From the NCBI RefSeq assembly GCF_030684315.1, contig NC_081369.1:13678035-13742034 (forward strand): a stretch of 64,000 nucleotides of DNA. The letters run 5' to 3'. Source of the stretch: Stegostoma tigrinum. Its lineage: Eukaryota. Shown piece after piece: positions 50,901 to 63,802 of the stretch. Below the pieces are notes generated by a model that made no database searches, was not told the DNA's origin, and saw only the letters and a list, made by a program, of their open reading frames with translations. The translations under genes and the position numbers were made by a program. Position 1 is the first letter of the stretch; every line of letters starts with the position of its first letter.

Positions 50901-52462
50901 GGGGCTGCAGAATATCACTCGGGCCCATTCCTGTCAGGGCAGATGTGTGGGCAGGTTGTGGGTGAGCTGGTGGGTGAGGGCCCAACACCCAACAGAGTCA
51001 TTTAAACAGACCGCCATCCAACATAACACTCAGCGCTCGGGTGCTTTGACTTTGCTTCGGTGTGGATACACTGTGGTTACCTCGAAGAGGAAAGGTCTCA
51101 TAGAGTTCTGGGTTAACCCCACACATTACTGTCCCCCTGTTGATTGTGCTGTCAGATTCAATGCTGGGCTGCACCCTGACATTATTGAAGTGAACAGATG
51201 GTGTGTAGTTTGCATGCTGCCTGTCTGAACGAGAACAAATGTTGACTCGTTACAAATTGTAACTAATGTTTCGGAAAACGCAAGTTTCCTCAATGGAACG
51301 TTTTGTCCACATTCAGTTATTTAGTTGAAGCCATATTCTGTGTTCACCCTGACTGTTGAAGTACTGCAAGTACATCGACAATATCTCGCTGGAAATACCA
51401 TTTCCGATTGCACAGTTTGGGTTTCTCTAACACTTCTATTTTTGAAACCGGGATCAATCCTAACATTATTAATATCTTCTTTTTGAATATTTTTCAATGA
51501 ATGAATGTACATCCTTTCAGCCACAAGGCGTCAACTCAGAAATCCAGGAAAGATGTGACCAATGTATTGTAAATCCTGGCTTCAAACTTTTAAACAATTC
51601 CATTCTTGTATCAGGTATATACTCGTGTACTCTGTTGAGTTGTTATTTTCATATTGTTCAGACCATTGAAAATGATTTCTTTAGGATCGTTCTGAAAATC
51701 CTTTCTAAATGCTCTGTCCTAATTCAATTCGTGCACTGTAGACTGTTTTATCCATTGTGTACTACGTCAAAGAATGTTTTGGGAATCAGTAGCTTTGGCA
51801 CCAGTGGCATTTTCAGTAACTAGCATCATAATGAGGTGCCTTCCCTCACTGGGATAAACATGTAGCAATAATACCATCCCCACTCCTTAACTAAAACCAC
51901 TAAGCATTAACCCCAACTCGCAAACCCCGCACCAAAATCCAACTCACATCAGCCATCCTGATTCCCAACCTGAACTCCGAATTCCAGCTAATAATCTCTG
52001 TCCCTATTCCCAATTTCTAACTTGAACAACTGACTCCTAATCTTCCCACAAATCCATACAACATATGTTGAGAGGAGCAAGTATCTGTTCCATATATTTT
52101 TCACAATAGTTGGCACTGAATGGTTAAAAACATGTGGAAATGAAGATTGAGGTCATACTGTGGCTCCAATATTGTTTTGGCTCTTTCCCTGTTCATCCAG
52201 AACCACCTGGGAAGGAGGAGGTGAGTATGTAAAACGGAGAATGACGAGTGGCAGTGGAGAAGGAACCAGGCAGTGGGATTAGCTTCACATGACTACAGAA
52301 AAGAGCAAGCAGAAGGAAGGATGGATCAAATGTCACATAAACTTTCTGGATCACATGCTTTTCCACATCAATACCCAAGCCAGCTCTGAGATTCATAAAA
52401 AACCTGAAGGAATTACAACTCAGACTTATAACTGAAGTAATGATGGACGGTGACAATCAATT

Positions 52463-52758
52463 TGAAATGACTGCACAGAGACTGGTGCCCCATCACCAAT
52501 TCACCCTTTGTGTCTACTTGTGTACAGTACACTGGGTGTGGCCAGCCAGTTTGGAGTCAGGCCCCAGAACTGTGGAGATTCTAAACCTCCTCTTTATATT
52601 TATTTCCCCACATGGAACATTTAGGGCCTGCACACACACCAAGCATTTTAATTCCTGTTTATATTGGTAAGCCCAGGCTTTCTTGACTGGCTCAGGTTAA
52701 CAACATGAACCAAGGTTCTCGTAGTCAACAAGATCCAGTTGCTTCCAGTCACAGCACA
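52463..52758 (-). mobile_element. Solo LTR, same family as 26897-27124
   Basis: tgaaatgactgcacagagactggtg...cagtcacagcaca is similar to the reverse complement of the 26.9-kb LTR. Confidence 0.65.
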
Positions 52759-53220
52759 ATCCAAACTGATTAGTTCCAAACATTTATGTTTAATTTAGAG
52801 CTTGGACTACCATTGTTTTTATTTCCAGTCTCTGGTCTGCTCAGGACATGAGCTAACAAGGACAGATGAGCTGCCCTCAGCCTCTCTCGGTCCCTGTTTC
52901 ACTTGGTCACTCACAGCTGAGCCCCAGCAGGCTGACAACTCCATTAGAGCATTTGTCGCTGTCAAAATCTCAAAAATTTCCCCAAACATATTCAGCGATC
53001 AATGATTGTGATTTCAAGAGGGAGCTACATCCTCTCCATTAGTGTCACTGCATGTTGGCCCAATGAGATGTCATCATTTCGCTCAATCTAATTCTACGTA
53101 GCTTGGGAGTAATATTGTTTGTGTGATACTCACGCTGTGCTCTCATATTCACAATGTTGATTTTCCAGAGAAGGAATCCAGTGGAAGATGCCTCTCAAAG
53201 CAAGTCCCTGTCATAGACTG

Positions 53221-53272
53221 ATGAGCTGTCAATGTCTTCTCTTTTACTTCTTCAGCTTTCACATTGGAAAAG
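53221..53272 (+). CDS. ADGRG1/GPR56-like adhesion GPCR, signal-peptide exon (exon likely begins at 53169)
   Basis: Acceptor ttttccag| at 53168, ATG at 53221, MSCQCLLFYFFSFHIGK, phase-1 donor AAG|GTAATC. In frame with the PLL exon. Confidence 0.68.
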
Positions 53273-54352
53273 GTAATCCATTTGTCAGCACTTCCTTTGT
53301 TTGACTTCATTTCAAATCCCATCTTATTTCAAAGCTTATATTAGGCTGGTGACCCAATGAGATGAATTGTGTATCTCAACATGAACATTAGACCTTGTTT
53401 TCATAACTTAGTGTAATGTGATTTCTGTACGTTTCCCACAATTGATATTGAAAGGAAGGATAGAAAAATGGGAAATACTGTTAATGGAAGGTGAAGTAAC
53501 AAAGTTAGGCGATTAGAGAGATAAAGATATTGAATTAGATTTAGTGAATTGAATCAGGGTTATTGCCACATGTCCTCAAATGAGAAAAGTGAAAAGATTA
53601 CAAGTCAGAGCAAATTACCGCAAATGCTGGAATCTGTGCTGAAAACAGCAAATGCTGGAGTGAACAGCAGGTCAGGCAGTGTCTACAGGGAGAAAGCAAG
53701 CTAACATTTCAAGTCGAGATAACTCTTTATCAGAGCTGATGTGAAGTGCGATTGAGACTCAAAACGTTGTCTTGCTTTCTCTCCACGGATGCTGCCTAAC
53801 CCTGTGTGATCTCCAGCATTTGTTGTTTTCAGTCAGAAGTTCAGAAGTCACCACTTAGCAGCACCACCTTCGGTACAAAGATACCAATGTGCGGAATGTT
53901 AGCTGGAAAGCAGAAAAATAAGGACAACTAAGTTAAAAATTTAAACATTACAGCCTCTCTTCCTGAAAAGATATCAGACAAATGCTGCAGTAAGTAATGA
54001 CAGCGACAAATAGGGCCGATGAGAATTTCATTTCCAACATCTGCTTGTTCTACCTGAGACCTTTCTGAGAGTAACAGGGTTTACAGAAAGGAAGAAACAT
54101 GGATCTAAAATGGCTGCAAGGCCACCTGCTCTAAGTTTGGGCAAGGTTCATGAGATCCATGTGGAATAAACAAACCCATTGACATTGAGATTTCAACTTT
54201 ACCTGAAGAAATAAAATCTCGCAACTGAGTCAACAAGAAATTTTCACCTTTTGTTTGATTCAGTGATTTTAAGATTTCAAACGATGTTAACGTGACCGAT
54301 CAATTAGCCAGCTTGGAAAGACAATGGATCAAGACTCTGGAATAAACAATGA

Positions 54353-54620
54353 ACATGGTGGCTCAGTGGTTTGGGTAACTGTCTTTCTGGAGGTTGCATG
54401 TTCTCCTCAAGTTTGTGTGGGATTCCTTTGGGTGCTCCGGTTTCTTCCCGCATGCCAAATACGTGCCAGGTACGTGGATTGGCCAACCTAAAATTCCCAT
54501 CGTGTCTAGGAAGGGAAATGTAGGGATGGGGTGGGTCGGGGTTTGTTTGCTCTTTAGAGGTTTGGTGTGGGCTTGATAGGCCAAATGGCCTGCCCCATAC
54601 TCTAGGGATTTTCTTTGTAC
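54353..54620 (+). mobile_element. HE1/V-SINE-type SINE (internally deleted)
   Basis: catggtggctcagtggtt...gttgcatgttctcc...ggattggcca...ggccaaatggcctg. Confidence 0.7.
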
Positions 54621-54914
54621 AGTATTTCAACGCTGGTTTTCAGCATCAGGAGGAAGAGAATGAAACGTGAATTTCTGCAATACGGGCTAGAGCTCTCCCT
54701 CTCCCTCTCCCTCTCTCCCCCTTTCTGTTTTCTATCATCATCTCAGAGACAGCACCAGTGAAAACATAAACTGGAGAAGGGAGTGATCACCAAGAACTCA
54801 ATGATCTACAAATTCCGCAACTGTTGAGGATAAAAGTCAATCACTGAAATCTGATTTCAGCTGAAGAATCTAATACCCCAAGGAGACTAAATTCTCCGTA
54901 ACTGCACAATTATT

Positions 54915-55045
54915 NNNNNNNNNNNNNNNNNNNNNNNNNNNNNNNNNNNNNNNNNNNNNNNNNNNNNNNNNNNNNNNNNNNNNNNNNNNNNNNNNNNNNN
55001 NNNNNNNNNNNNNNNNNNNNNNNNNNNNNNNNNNNNNNNNNNNNN
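54915..55045. other. Assembly gap (131 N)
   Basis: Run of N inside the ADGRG1-like intron. Confidence 0.99.
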
Positions 55046-56359
55046 AATTTAATGATTGGTTTTGATTCAAGAGGGTCGTAAATATCCTCTTTTTATTCAA
55101 GGAAAGCTTGACAATGGGCTCCTTCATTTTCTATTGAACTATGTTTTCATTAAAGGATCATCACTGTATGCTAAAGAAAACAAATAACATTCGTTGGAGC
55201 TGAGTAAGATGGGATTGAAAGTAAAAGGGAGCTGATTCACCTTACACACCTTGTATACAATAAGTTCGAAAGCTGATGAAAAGATTAGAAAACTTCATTT
55301 ACCTTCCTGAATCCTGAAAATTCGTCCAGTTAAAGCCCATTAAGTTCTGCAGCAGCGAAGTCATTCAGTCTTATGAAGGTCTTCCTTAGAAACAGCACAT
55401 TACATGAGACTGTGTTCCTGAGCTGCTTCGTTACTGACCGGCTCAGGCTGAGGAAGTGAACAGATCTGGCAGCAGGAGGGAGTAGAGCGAACACTCTAAA
55501 CATGCAATCATCTTCCAGTGCAAAATCTCAGCCTAGCTCATTTCATCAAAGTTATAAAATTAAATTGAGGTCTTGTACCCGAAATTGTTCCCAAACTGTG
55601 TTCCAATTACCCCAATTTGAGATTCTGAACCCACATCCTCTCGATCGCAAAGACTCCCGATGTCCACATCTGTAATGTCCTCATTTCTGCTCTGACATCA
55701 TTTCATCTGGAGCTGATACTCTTTCTCATCCCATTGGCAGTTCCATCTTCCTGATTTTCCTAGTATCCCTCTGCTACCACCCTGTGCAAATCACAGTTCA
55801 TCCAAGTCCCTCCAACTGGGTTCCGATCCTGAACAAAATCCTGTTTGATAAACATCCAGGTCCCATTGACCTGCACCCTCATCTCCTCTCCAAAGTCACA
55901 AATTTAAACTTCCCATCCTGGTCTTGTACCTCCTCTCCCTCAGTTAGCCCCTTCAGCCCTGCAGCTACCACCTTCCAATCCTTTCCATTTCTCTCTCTCT
56001 CCAACTTGAGCATCTTATCACTTTTTGTCTACTCATTGGCCCCGTTCCCTTCATCACTAAAGTCCCATCATCTGAAATTCTCTCACTGAAAGTCTCAGCA
56101 CCCCATGGATGCCCAGTCTTGTGTTGCTCAATAGGTTCAAGGTCTCTCCCGTTTAGCACAAAGTGATCGTGCCCCACAACAAATGGATGTTATAGATGCT
56201 GATGTGTTCACCGAGCTGGGAGGTTTGATCACAGATATTTCATCCCTTCACCAGGTGACATCTACGAGGATGAAATTTCCGCCATCAAACCTCCCAGCTC
56301 AGTGAACACACCGACATCTACAACCAGCAGCCCAGCTACAAATCTTCACTCAAACCCTG

Positions 56360-56900
56360 AAGGTGGATGTTATTCACAATGTGAATGTAGGGCTTTGTCT
56401 CCACCAGGACTATGCTCTGGTCACTCTTCCTGATACCGTCATGGGCAGATGTATCTGCAGCTGGAAGATTGGGAAGGCTGAGAACAAGCATGCTTTCCCC
56501 TCTTGTTACTTCCTTCTCTACCTACCACAGACTGAGTCCAGTAGCTATGTCCTTTAGGACCCGTCCGGCTCAATCAGTGCAGAGCTGGACATTGAAATCC
56601 CCTCCATTTTTTTGCACTCACCACACTCAGTGCTTCCTCCAAATGTTGTTCAACATGGAGCAGGACTTCAGTCAAGGGAGCATGGTCCGTGGTAATCAAA
56701 ACTAAATTGGAAGTTGCAGTTTCCCCATCACCTGACATGTCCAGCGCGTCTGGCAAAACTTGACTCCATTGTCGTGTACTCCCGACCAATAAAAATGTCT
56801 GACCATTTTAGCCTTTGTTTTATTGATATCAACATGACATGACAATGGCATCAAAGTTTTGTTAGCGAGTGCTCCAGTGAAGTGCATTGGAACTTTATGT
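56360..56900 (-). mobile_element. Gypsy integrase/RT fragment
   Basis: HFYWSGVHDNGVKFCQTRWTCQVMGK resembles the integrase zinc-binding region. Confidence 0.65.
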
Positions 56901-57076
56901 CATTCTGAAGGTGCTATGTCGAACTAAAATGTTTTAGCTGATTACTAATTCCTGATGATGCAATTTGTATGGGATTTCCCTCAATTTTCCAGCAAAGTCA
57001 GAGGGTAAAATTTAAAAACTTCTTAGAAAATTTCTCACGTGGTCGATTAGCACTGATCTTGTGATTGTTTTTGCAG

Positions 57077-57523
57077 CAATAGTCGGTGAATTTACATTTT
57101 GTGGCAACGTGAACAGTACCATTAATAAATCCTGTCACTACATTGGCCCAGGCCCATGTTCACTGAAAGTGTCCGTAAACACAACAGGCTTAGAAATAGA
57201 AGCTCATCTCATGGGGAAGGGTCGATCTTCCTGCACACAAGATACTGCAGCAACTACACCTGAAGCTTCATCAGAAATCTGCATCACTTGGAAAGGGCAC
57301 GTTGGCCAACTCTACATAACGCGAGGTGATGTTGTCAAGTCATATTCAGCTGCCTTGTCCACTGAAGGGAAATGTTGCCAACGTTTCACTCTCACCACTA
57401 ACACTTCACACAATAATTCACCATGGCTGAGAGACATTATTTACGTAAATCAATCCAACTTCCATCCTGTTCACATGGAAAAAGCTTCTTATTTGGAATT
57501 TACTGCATCTGAAGGAGCGTGTG
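57077..57523 (+). CDS. ADGRG1: ADGRG1/GPR56-like adhesion GPCR, PLL (pentraxin/laminin/neurexin-like) domain exon
   Basis: Acceptor gtttttgcag|, donor G|GTGAGT, phase 1/1. EFTFCGNVNST...LEIEA...ICITWKGHVGQLYI...CC aligns by eye to the GPR56 motifs DFRFCSQRNQT...FCLYWNRHAGRLHL. Orthology versus ADGRG3/5 paralogues is not resolved. Confidence 0.75.
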
Positions 57524-58650
57524 GTGAGTAGAATAATAAATGACACATTGTGAATCATATATATTTTTAAAAAGCTCTATGATTTATCATAGATAAAGAA
57601 TAAAATAGAAATATAGGCCCAGGCTTTCTCTGTTTCTCCAGAACCTCAAGGAGGTGAAAATATGATTGGTTGGTGGGGGACCAAACTGCTGTCTGTCCTC
57701 AGCTCTGTGCACCTCAGCCTCCCCTAATGTATACCTCCCCGTTATCCCGGGGGATGGTCCGATCAGGCAGAATATTCCTGCCCTCGATATGAATGTCAGT
57801 CTGTCAAAGAATGTGCATAAGACAATGATGCTGTCCACCACATTTCCACCACTCTGGATGGTTAGACCGAGCTAAATATTGATCTTATAAATCGGAAGGG
57901 TGTTTTTGAGCATGATTACAATTGGACGATTCACCATATTACAATGGATATAAAGTCTTTATGTCTTCATCAGGATCGATGTTCAGAGTTTTATGCTCCC
58001 AATACTCCATCAGGAGCACAAGTGATTTACTTGCCCAGTTCCAAGCTTCCTTTGGAAATAGCTCCACGGTGCTGGTATCCTGTCACTGAGTCACCCTTTA
58101 TTTACACTGGCGTAACACGTGACACTGACCCAGCTAGCGAGTAGGACCCCTGACACTCCTGTTTACAGCAGCCTGCCAGGAGACGTGTGCACAGAAATGT
58201 TTCCCACGTACTAGAAAGCAAAATGATAGGAGATGAACAGGATTGTGACCCTGCCACAAACATGTGCACAGTATTTATGTCAGTTTTCAAAATAGCCCAG
58301 GACCCAGTGAAACACAACCTAAACCTGTTTGGACACCACACTGAATTCACGTTTCATGTGGAGTGATCTCAAAGTGGTGAATGGTGACCATTCCAATGAG
58401 TTTCACTTTCCTTCCCTCCAGCAACACATTGGGTCTGACTCTGGATTTACACAAACAGGTTACAATCGGTTCAGCGAGGATCACTTCACACCACCAGGAA
58501 AATTGTTATCAAAATCGAAACGTTGGCAACTTTTTAACAAGATACTGAATTTGCAAGCAAACATATCCAAATTCTCAAAATTCAAAATATTTTTACTGAT
58601 ATTGAAATTTTGAGTTTCACTCTTCTTTCTAACCTCATCCTTCCTGTTAG

Positions 58651-58795
58651 AAACACCATTTGCTGATTGCATAAATCAGAAAAACAACTTGAATGAACTC
58701 ACAAACAAAGGGCAGTTGACAGTAAATGATGCTCGCTATGCAATGTTACTGACCAACAGAATCCTGGAGGAATGTAATGAGAGTTCTTCAGTCAG
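58651..58795 (+). CDS. ADGRG1-like GPCR, linker/GAIN-A exon
   Basis: Acceptor ccttcctgttag|, donor CAG|GTAAGT, phase 1 to 2. Open frame ETPFADCINQKNNLNELTNKGQLTVNDARYAMLLTNRILEECNESSSV. Confidence 0.82.
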
Positions 58796-59799
58796 GTAAG
58801 TGATAACAGCTTTTTTTTTGAGAAAAATGTTTGACAGGTGATGTATAGAAAGGACACATTTTAGACATATTTTACCCGAGGATTAAGCAGGTTCCCTGCC
58901 AGGTTCTTGTTCCTTCCTGCTTCAGTAAACATGAGGCTGTTCATGCGATATTGAGGTTCCTCACAAGTGAATAAAATCAACCCTTTTTAATTCAAAGCTG
59001 TTTTTTCAACTTCAATGTTTTTCTTTCCAATGAAAGAAAAGTTACAATACATTGTGTTGTGTGTTTAGTTCAGATGTTTTAATTCCAGTTCATAGATCCA
59101 CTACAAACGGATCCTGAGTGGTGTATCCTGCCGTTTCATTGAGATTGAACTCCATGGTCAGCTTCAGGGAGGGAGACATCCCAGCTGGATGTGGTCTGCC
59201 CTCAGACAGCAAAAAAATAATTTGGTAAGTCTGGCTAGCCAGAGTACAACGCCAAAACAACATGCAGAATGATGAGCGGTAACGATAGAATGGACAGTCA
59301 GAGTCCTTTTCCACAAATAGAAATGTTTATTCCGAGGAAACACAGGTTAGAGGTGAAATTGGGAAAGCTCAAGGAGATGTGAGTCAAGGCTTTTACACAG
59401 AGGATGATACGTGCCTGGAATGGGCAGAGAAGGTGGTAGAAGCAGCTATGACAGCAATGTTTAGAAGTCATTCCACAGAGACAGGGACAGGCAGTGAATA
59501 GAGGGACACAGACCACATGGAGGCAAAAGGCTTTTAGTTTAGAAAGGTTGTGTCTGTTGGCACAGGCATGGTGGGTCGAAAGGCCTATTCCTGTGCTGTA
59601 CTGTTCTTTGTTCTTTGTTTGAGCATGGAGTACATGGGGCAATCTGGAGAAATCGAGAGAGATATGATACTGGTACTTCTCCTCCACCGCACTCACTGCC
59701 CTGCAGTCAGTGGAAGAGAGCCTGAACCTCACTTTGTTCCAATGTTGAATCTATTCATTGAGCTGGTTCAAGGAGGTGAGAATAAGGAACCTTTCTGCC

Positions 59800-60370
59800 A
59801 TCATTCCAATGCCAACCTTCTCCTTTCTCCTTCATGGAACTGAACTCTTTCAACAATTCCCACATGTCAAATGGAGTCTTGCTTGATAACAGCTTCTCCC
59901 AATTAACACTGCCTAGCTCCAGTCTATGGCTGGTGTAATTTATCCTCCCTACATTTTGTACCTTCTCGCAAGATCCTAACTTATCCTTGTTTATATCTAT
60001 CTTCAAGCGTAATGAGTTGCGATCACTGTTTCCAAAATGCTGTCCCACTGAATGGTGAGTCTCCTGGGAGGGCTGATGAGCCAACACCAGGTCCAGGATG
60101 GACCCCTCCTCAAATTGGACTCACCACGTACTGTTTCAAGAAACCCTCTTGGATGCATTTAACAAATTCTGCCGCATCTAAGCTTCTGGTTCTAAGGGAG
60201 TGCCAGTCCGTATTGGGAAAGTTGAAGTCACCCACTACGATAACCCTGTTCTTACTGCATCTTTCCATAATCTGCCAAAACATTTGTTCCTCAAAGTCTC
60301 AGTGGCTGTTGCGGACACTGTAGTTTAATCCTATTTGAGCAATTGAAGCCATCTTATATTTGGGTTCTCT
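59800..60370 (-). mobile_element. CR1 endonuclease fragment
   Basis: VGQHFGNSDRNSLR and GDFNFPNT-like remnants. Confidence 0.7.
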
Positions 60371-60991
60371 GCCAGTCTTTCCTTTCTGATTTATTGGTTG
60401 TAACATCCACTTTGGTTTTGCAATGCGCATCTGGATAAGGTTACATCAGTCCAAGCTCCTCATTCAGGCACAGCATTGACCTCTTTGCAAAGCCTCCATA
60501 ACACAACAATAGGGGTGCAGTTGGTCTTCAGCTAGCAGGTGCTGTTGCACGGTCACACCATTATTCCCACACACCAAATGGTCTCTCAGTATCTCACTTC
60601 AGGTGGAACCAAAGTCATATGCCTGTCGAGTAAAACCAATAACATCTGAGAATTAGAGGAGACTTAAGGTTGTAATATTCTTGAACTAAATCCATCAACT
60701 CCTGCAAGATTTTAGCATCTGATATCTCAGGAAATGATAGGCTCCAAATAACTGAAAATGATGTGGGTCCACATGCTCGCTGGAGAATTACTCATTGCTT
60801 TTTGCTGTCTCCAATCCTGTCTGCCCAGAAAAAATGTATTCTTTCCACATACGGTGCCCAGCCTGTGTCAGCAGGATCGAACGAGTCAAACTTCCCAAAT
60901 AGCGGCATGATGCCAGATATGCCGATCCCCAACTCAATGAGAGCTGTTGCAAGCGAATATCTTCAGGGTCATGATTTTCTCTCATCACGAC

Positions 60992-61227
60992 TGAAATAAC
61001 TCCACAAAAGCTGATATCCCATCACCCAGGCCCCCTGTATTTCCATGGGCAGAGCACATGACACTGACCGAGCTGGCTCAGAGCCGGCTCTGAGAGTGAA
61101 CAGAGCCCCCAACACTCCTGTTTATATCTGTCAGCCAGGACTCCCTGTTTGGGCCAGGTTAACAGCCCCAATCAGGGAACTCATCCTCTATGGGATCCAC
61201 CTGGCTATCATTGTTCCGATCACTACA
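60992..61227 (-). mobile_element. Solo LTR, same family
   Basis: tgaaataactccac...cagccccaatcagggaactcat...cactaca; a further fragment lies at ~58050-58165. Confidence 0.75.
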
Positions 61228-61660
61228 GTCTTCAACAACTTCCCCTCACTTTGGGAAAGCCATTCAGTCAATGCCTTCAGAAAAACATTTGCTGGGAGCC
61301 TTGTCTCCTGGTTTAATCTTCTCTCATAGTTCTTCAGATTCATCTGGCGAGAAACTGTGCCCATCTAAGACTGGCAGCGCCATTGATGTTCCTGTGTTTG
61401 AGCTGGTGTTAATGTGGGAGCTTTGGTGTTTAACAGAAACTCAGGGCAGACTTCTTAGCAATTATTATAATATGTTTATTCTCACACAGAACATGGCAGT
61501 AAGGTAACAGAGCAACATGCTCTGCTTGCATCTTCATCAAACTCACTGCATGAAAATGTTTGGCTTCACACCCCGATTGCTTCTCCCACCAATCACCTTG
61601 AATGACTGATCTCGGGTTATCGAGCTCCTGCCAATGGCTACAATGCTCTCTCATTCGACT

Positions 61661-63254
61661 TAAGATAACAAAATGTGAGGCTGGATGAACACAGCAGGCC
61701 AAGCAGCATCTCAGGAGCACAAAAGCTGACGTTTCGGGCCTAGACCCTTCATCAGAGAGGGGGATGGGGGGAGGGAACTGGAATAAATAGGGAGAGAGGG
61801 GGAGGCGGACCGAAGATGGAGAGTAAAGAAGATAGGTGGAGAGAGTGTAGGTGGGGAGGTAGGGAGGGGATAGGTCAGTCCAGGGAAGACGGACAGGTCA
61901 AGGAGGTGGGATGAGGTTAGTAGGTAGCTGGGGGTGCGGCTTGGGGTGGGAGGAAGGGATGGGTGAGAGGAAGAACCGGTTAGGGAGGCAGAGACAGGTT
62001 GGACTGGTTTTGGGATGCAGTGGGTGGGGGGGAAGAGCTGGGCTGGTTGTGTGGTGCAGTGGGGGGAGGGGACGAACTGGGCTGGTTGAGGGATGCAGTA
62101 GGGGAAGGGGAGATTTTGAAACTGGTGAAGTCCACATTGATACCATATGGCTGCAGGGTTCCCAGGCGGAATATGAGTTGCTGTTCCTGCAACCTTCGGG
62201 TGGCATCATTGTGGCAGTGCAGGAGGCCCATGATGGACATGTCATCAAGAGAATGGGAGGGGGAGTGGAAATGGTTTGCGACTGGGAGGTGCAGTTGTTT
62301 TTTGCGAACTGAGCGGAGGTGTTCTGCAAAGCGGTCCCCAAGCCTCCGCTTGGTTTCCCCAATGTAGAGGAAGCCGCACCGGGTACAGTGGATGCAGTAT
62401 ACCACATTGGTAGATGTGCAGGTGAAACTCTGCTTGATGTTCCACATCAAGCAGAGTTTCACCTGCACATCTACCAATGTGGTATACTGCATCCACTGTA
62501 CCCAGTGCGGCTTCCTCAACATTGGGGAAACCAAGCGGAGGCTTGGGGACCGCTTTGCAGAACACCTCCGCTCAGTTCGCAAAAAACAACTGCACCTCCC
62601 AGTCGCAAACCATTTCCACTCCCCCTCCCATTCTCTTGATGACATGTCCATCATGGGCCTCCTGCACTGCCACAATGATGCCACCCGAAGGTTGCAGGAA
62701 CAGCAACTCATATTCCGCCTGGGAACCCTGCAGCCATATGGTATCAATGTGGACTTCACCAGTTTCAAAATCTCCCCTTCCCCTACTGCATCCCTCAACC
62801 AGCCCAGTTCGTCCCCTCCCCCCACTGCACCACACAACCAGCCCAGCTCTTCCCCCCCACCCACTGCATCCCAAAACCAGTCCAACCTGTCTCTGCCTCC
62901 CTAACCGGTTCTTCCTCTCACCCATCCCTTCCTCCCACCCCAAGCCGCACCCCCAGCTACCTACTAACCTCATCCCACCTCCTTGACCTGTCCGTCTTCC
63001 CTGGACTGACCTATCCCCTCCCTACCTCCCCACCTACACTCTCTCCACCTATCTTCTTTACTCTCCATCTTCGGTCCGCCTCCCCCTCTCTCCCTATTTA
63101 TTCCAGTTCCCTCCCCCCATCCCCCTCTCTGATGAAGGGTCTAGGCCCGAAACGTCAGCTTTTGTGCTCCTGAGATGCTGCTTGGCCTGCTGTGTTCATC
63201 CAGCCTCACATTTTGTTATCTTGGATTCTCCAGCAACTGCAGTTCCCATTATCA
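61661..63254. mobile_element. Penelope-like element fold-back insertion (GIY-YIG 3' fragment in inverted repeat)
   Basis: Arms 61662-62440 and 62444-63222 with a 3-nt loop. GIY-YIG motif NVVYCIHCTRCGFLYIGETKRRLGDRFAEH. 15-bp TSD ctctctcattcgact (61646-61660 and 63255-63269). Confidence 0.93.
63127..63158 (+). ncRNA. Minimal hammerhead ribozyme motif of the Penelope pLTR
   Basis: CU-CUGAUGA-A-GGGUCUAGGCCC-GAAA-CG-UC-AG: core boxes, helix II hairpin, palindromic ACGU helix III and GUC site. Helix I is only ~2 bp. Mirror copy on - strand at 61726-61757. Confidence 0.7.
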
Positions 63255-63802
63255 CTCTCTCATTCGACTGTTTGGTGCTGTTATGGTTGTAAATGTTTCT
63301 CTCAAGTCTCCCCTCAGCCCGAGTGAGCTGGAAAATACAAATTGGTTTATAAAATGACCCCTACCATTGTCCCTCTGAAATGGTCCAAAACAGGAAATGA
63401 GGGTGAATTTGAACTTAAGTATGCCCAGGAAACACGAATGTGTTGCGGGAGGATGTGGTTCAAACTCTGAGCGAGTTAGTTTTAATTGAAAGCTGATTTT
63501 TTCGATTTAGGACAATTCAGGGGAGAGTTTTGTGAAATGTTTGAAAGTAATGTGAATAATTTGTATCTCAGCATATGTAGTGATTACAATCACGATAAAG
63601 ACTGATGCATTCTGATGAAGAGTTGCCAGACTTGGAGCATTAACTCTGCTTTCTCCCCGTAGATAGCTGCGTTTCGCCAGCATTTACTGCTTCTGTTTCA
63701 AGAGAGAGACTGATGTGTGATAATTTAGTGAATGTCTACCTTACAGAGTGAATCGCTGTGTTTCTTATCCAGTTCAATGTTAACTGCCTGTTTGTTCTCC
63801 AG

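Noticed and set aside
61898-62986. Mirror-image ORF set of 106-301 aa
   Set aside because: Artefact of the palindrome; only the GIY-YIG frame is meaningful, and it is 5'-truncated.
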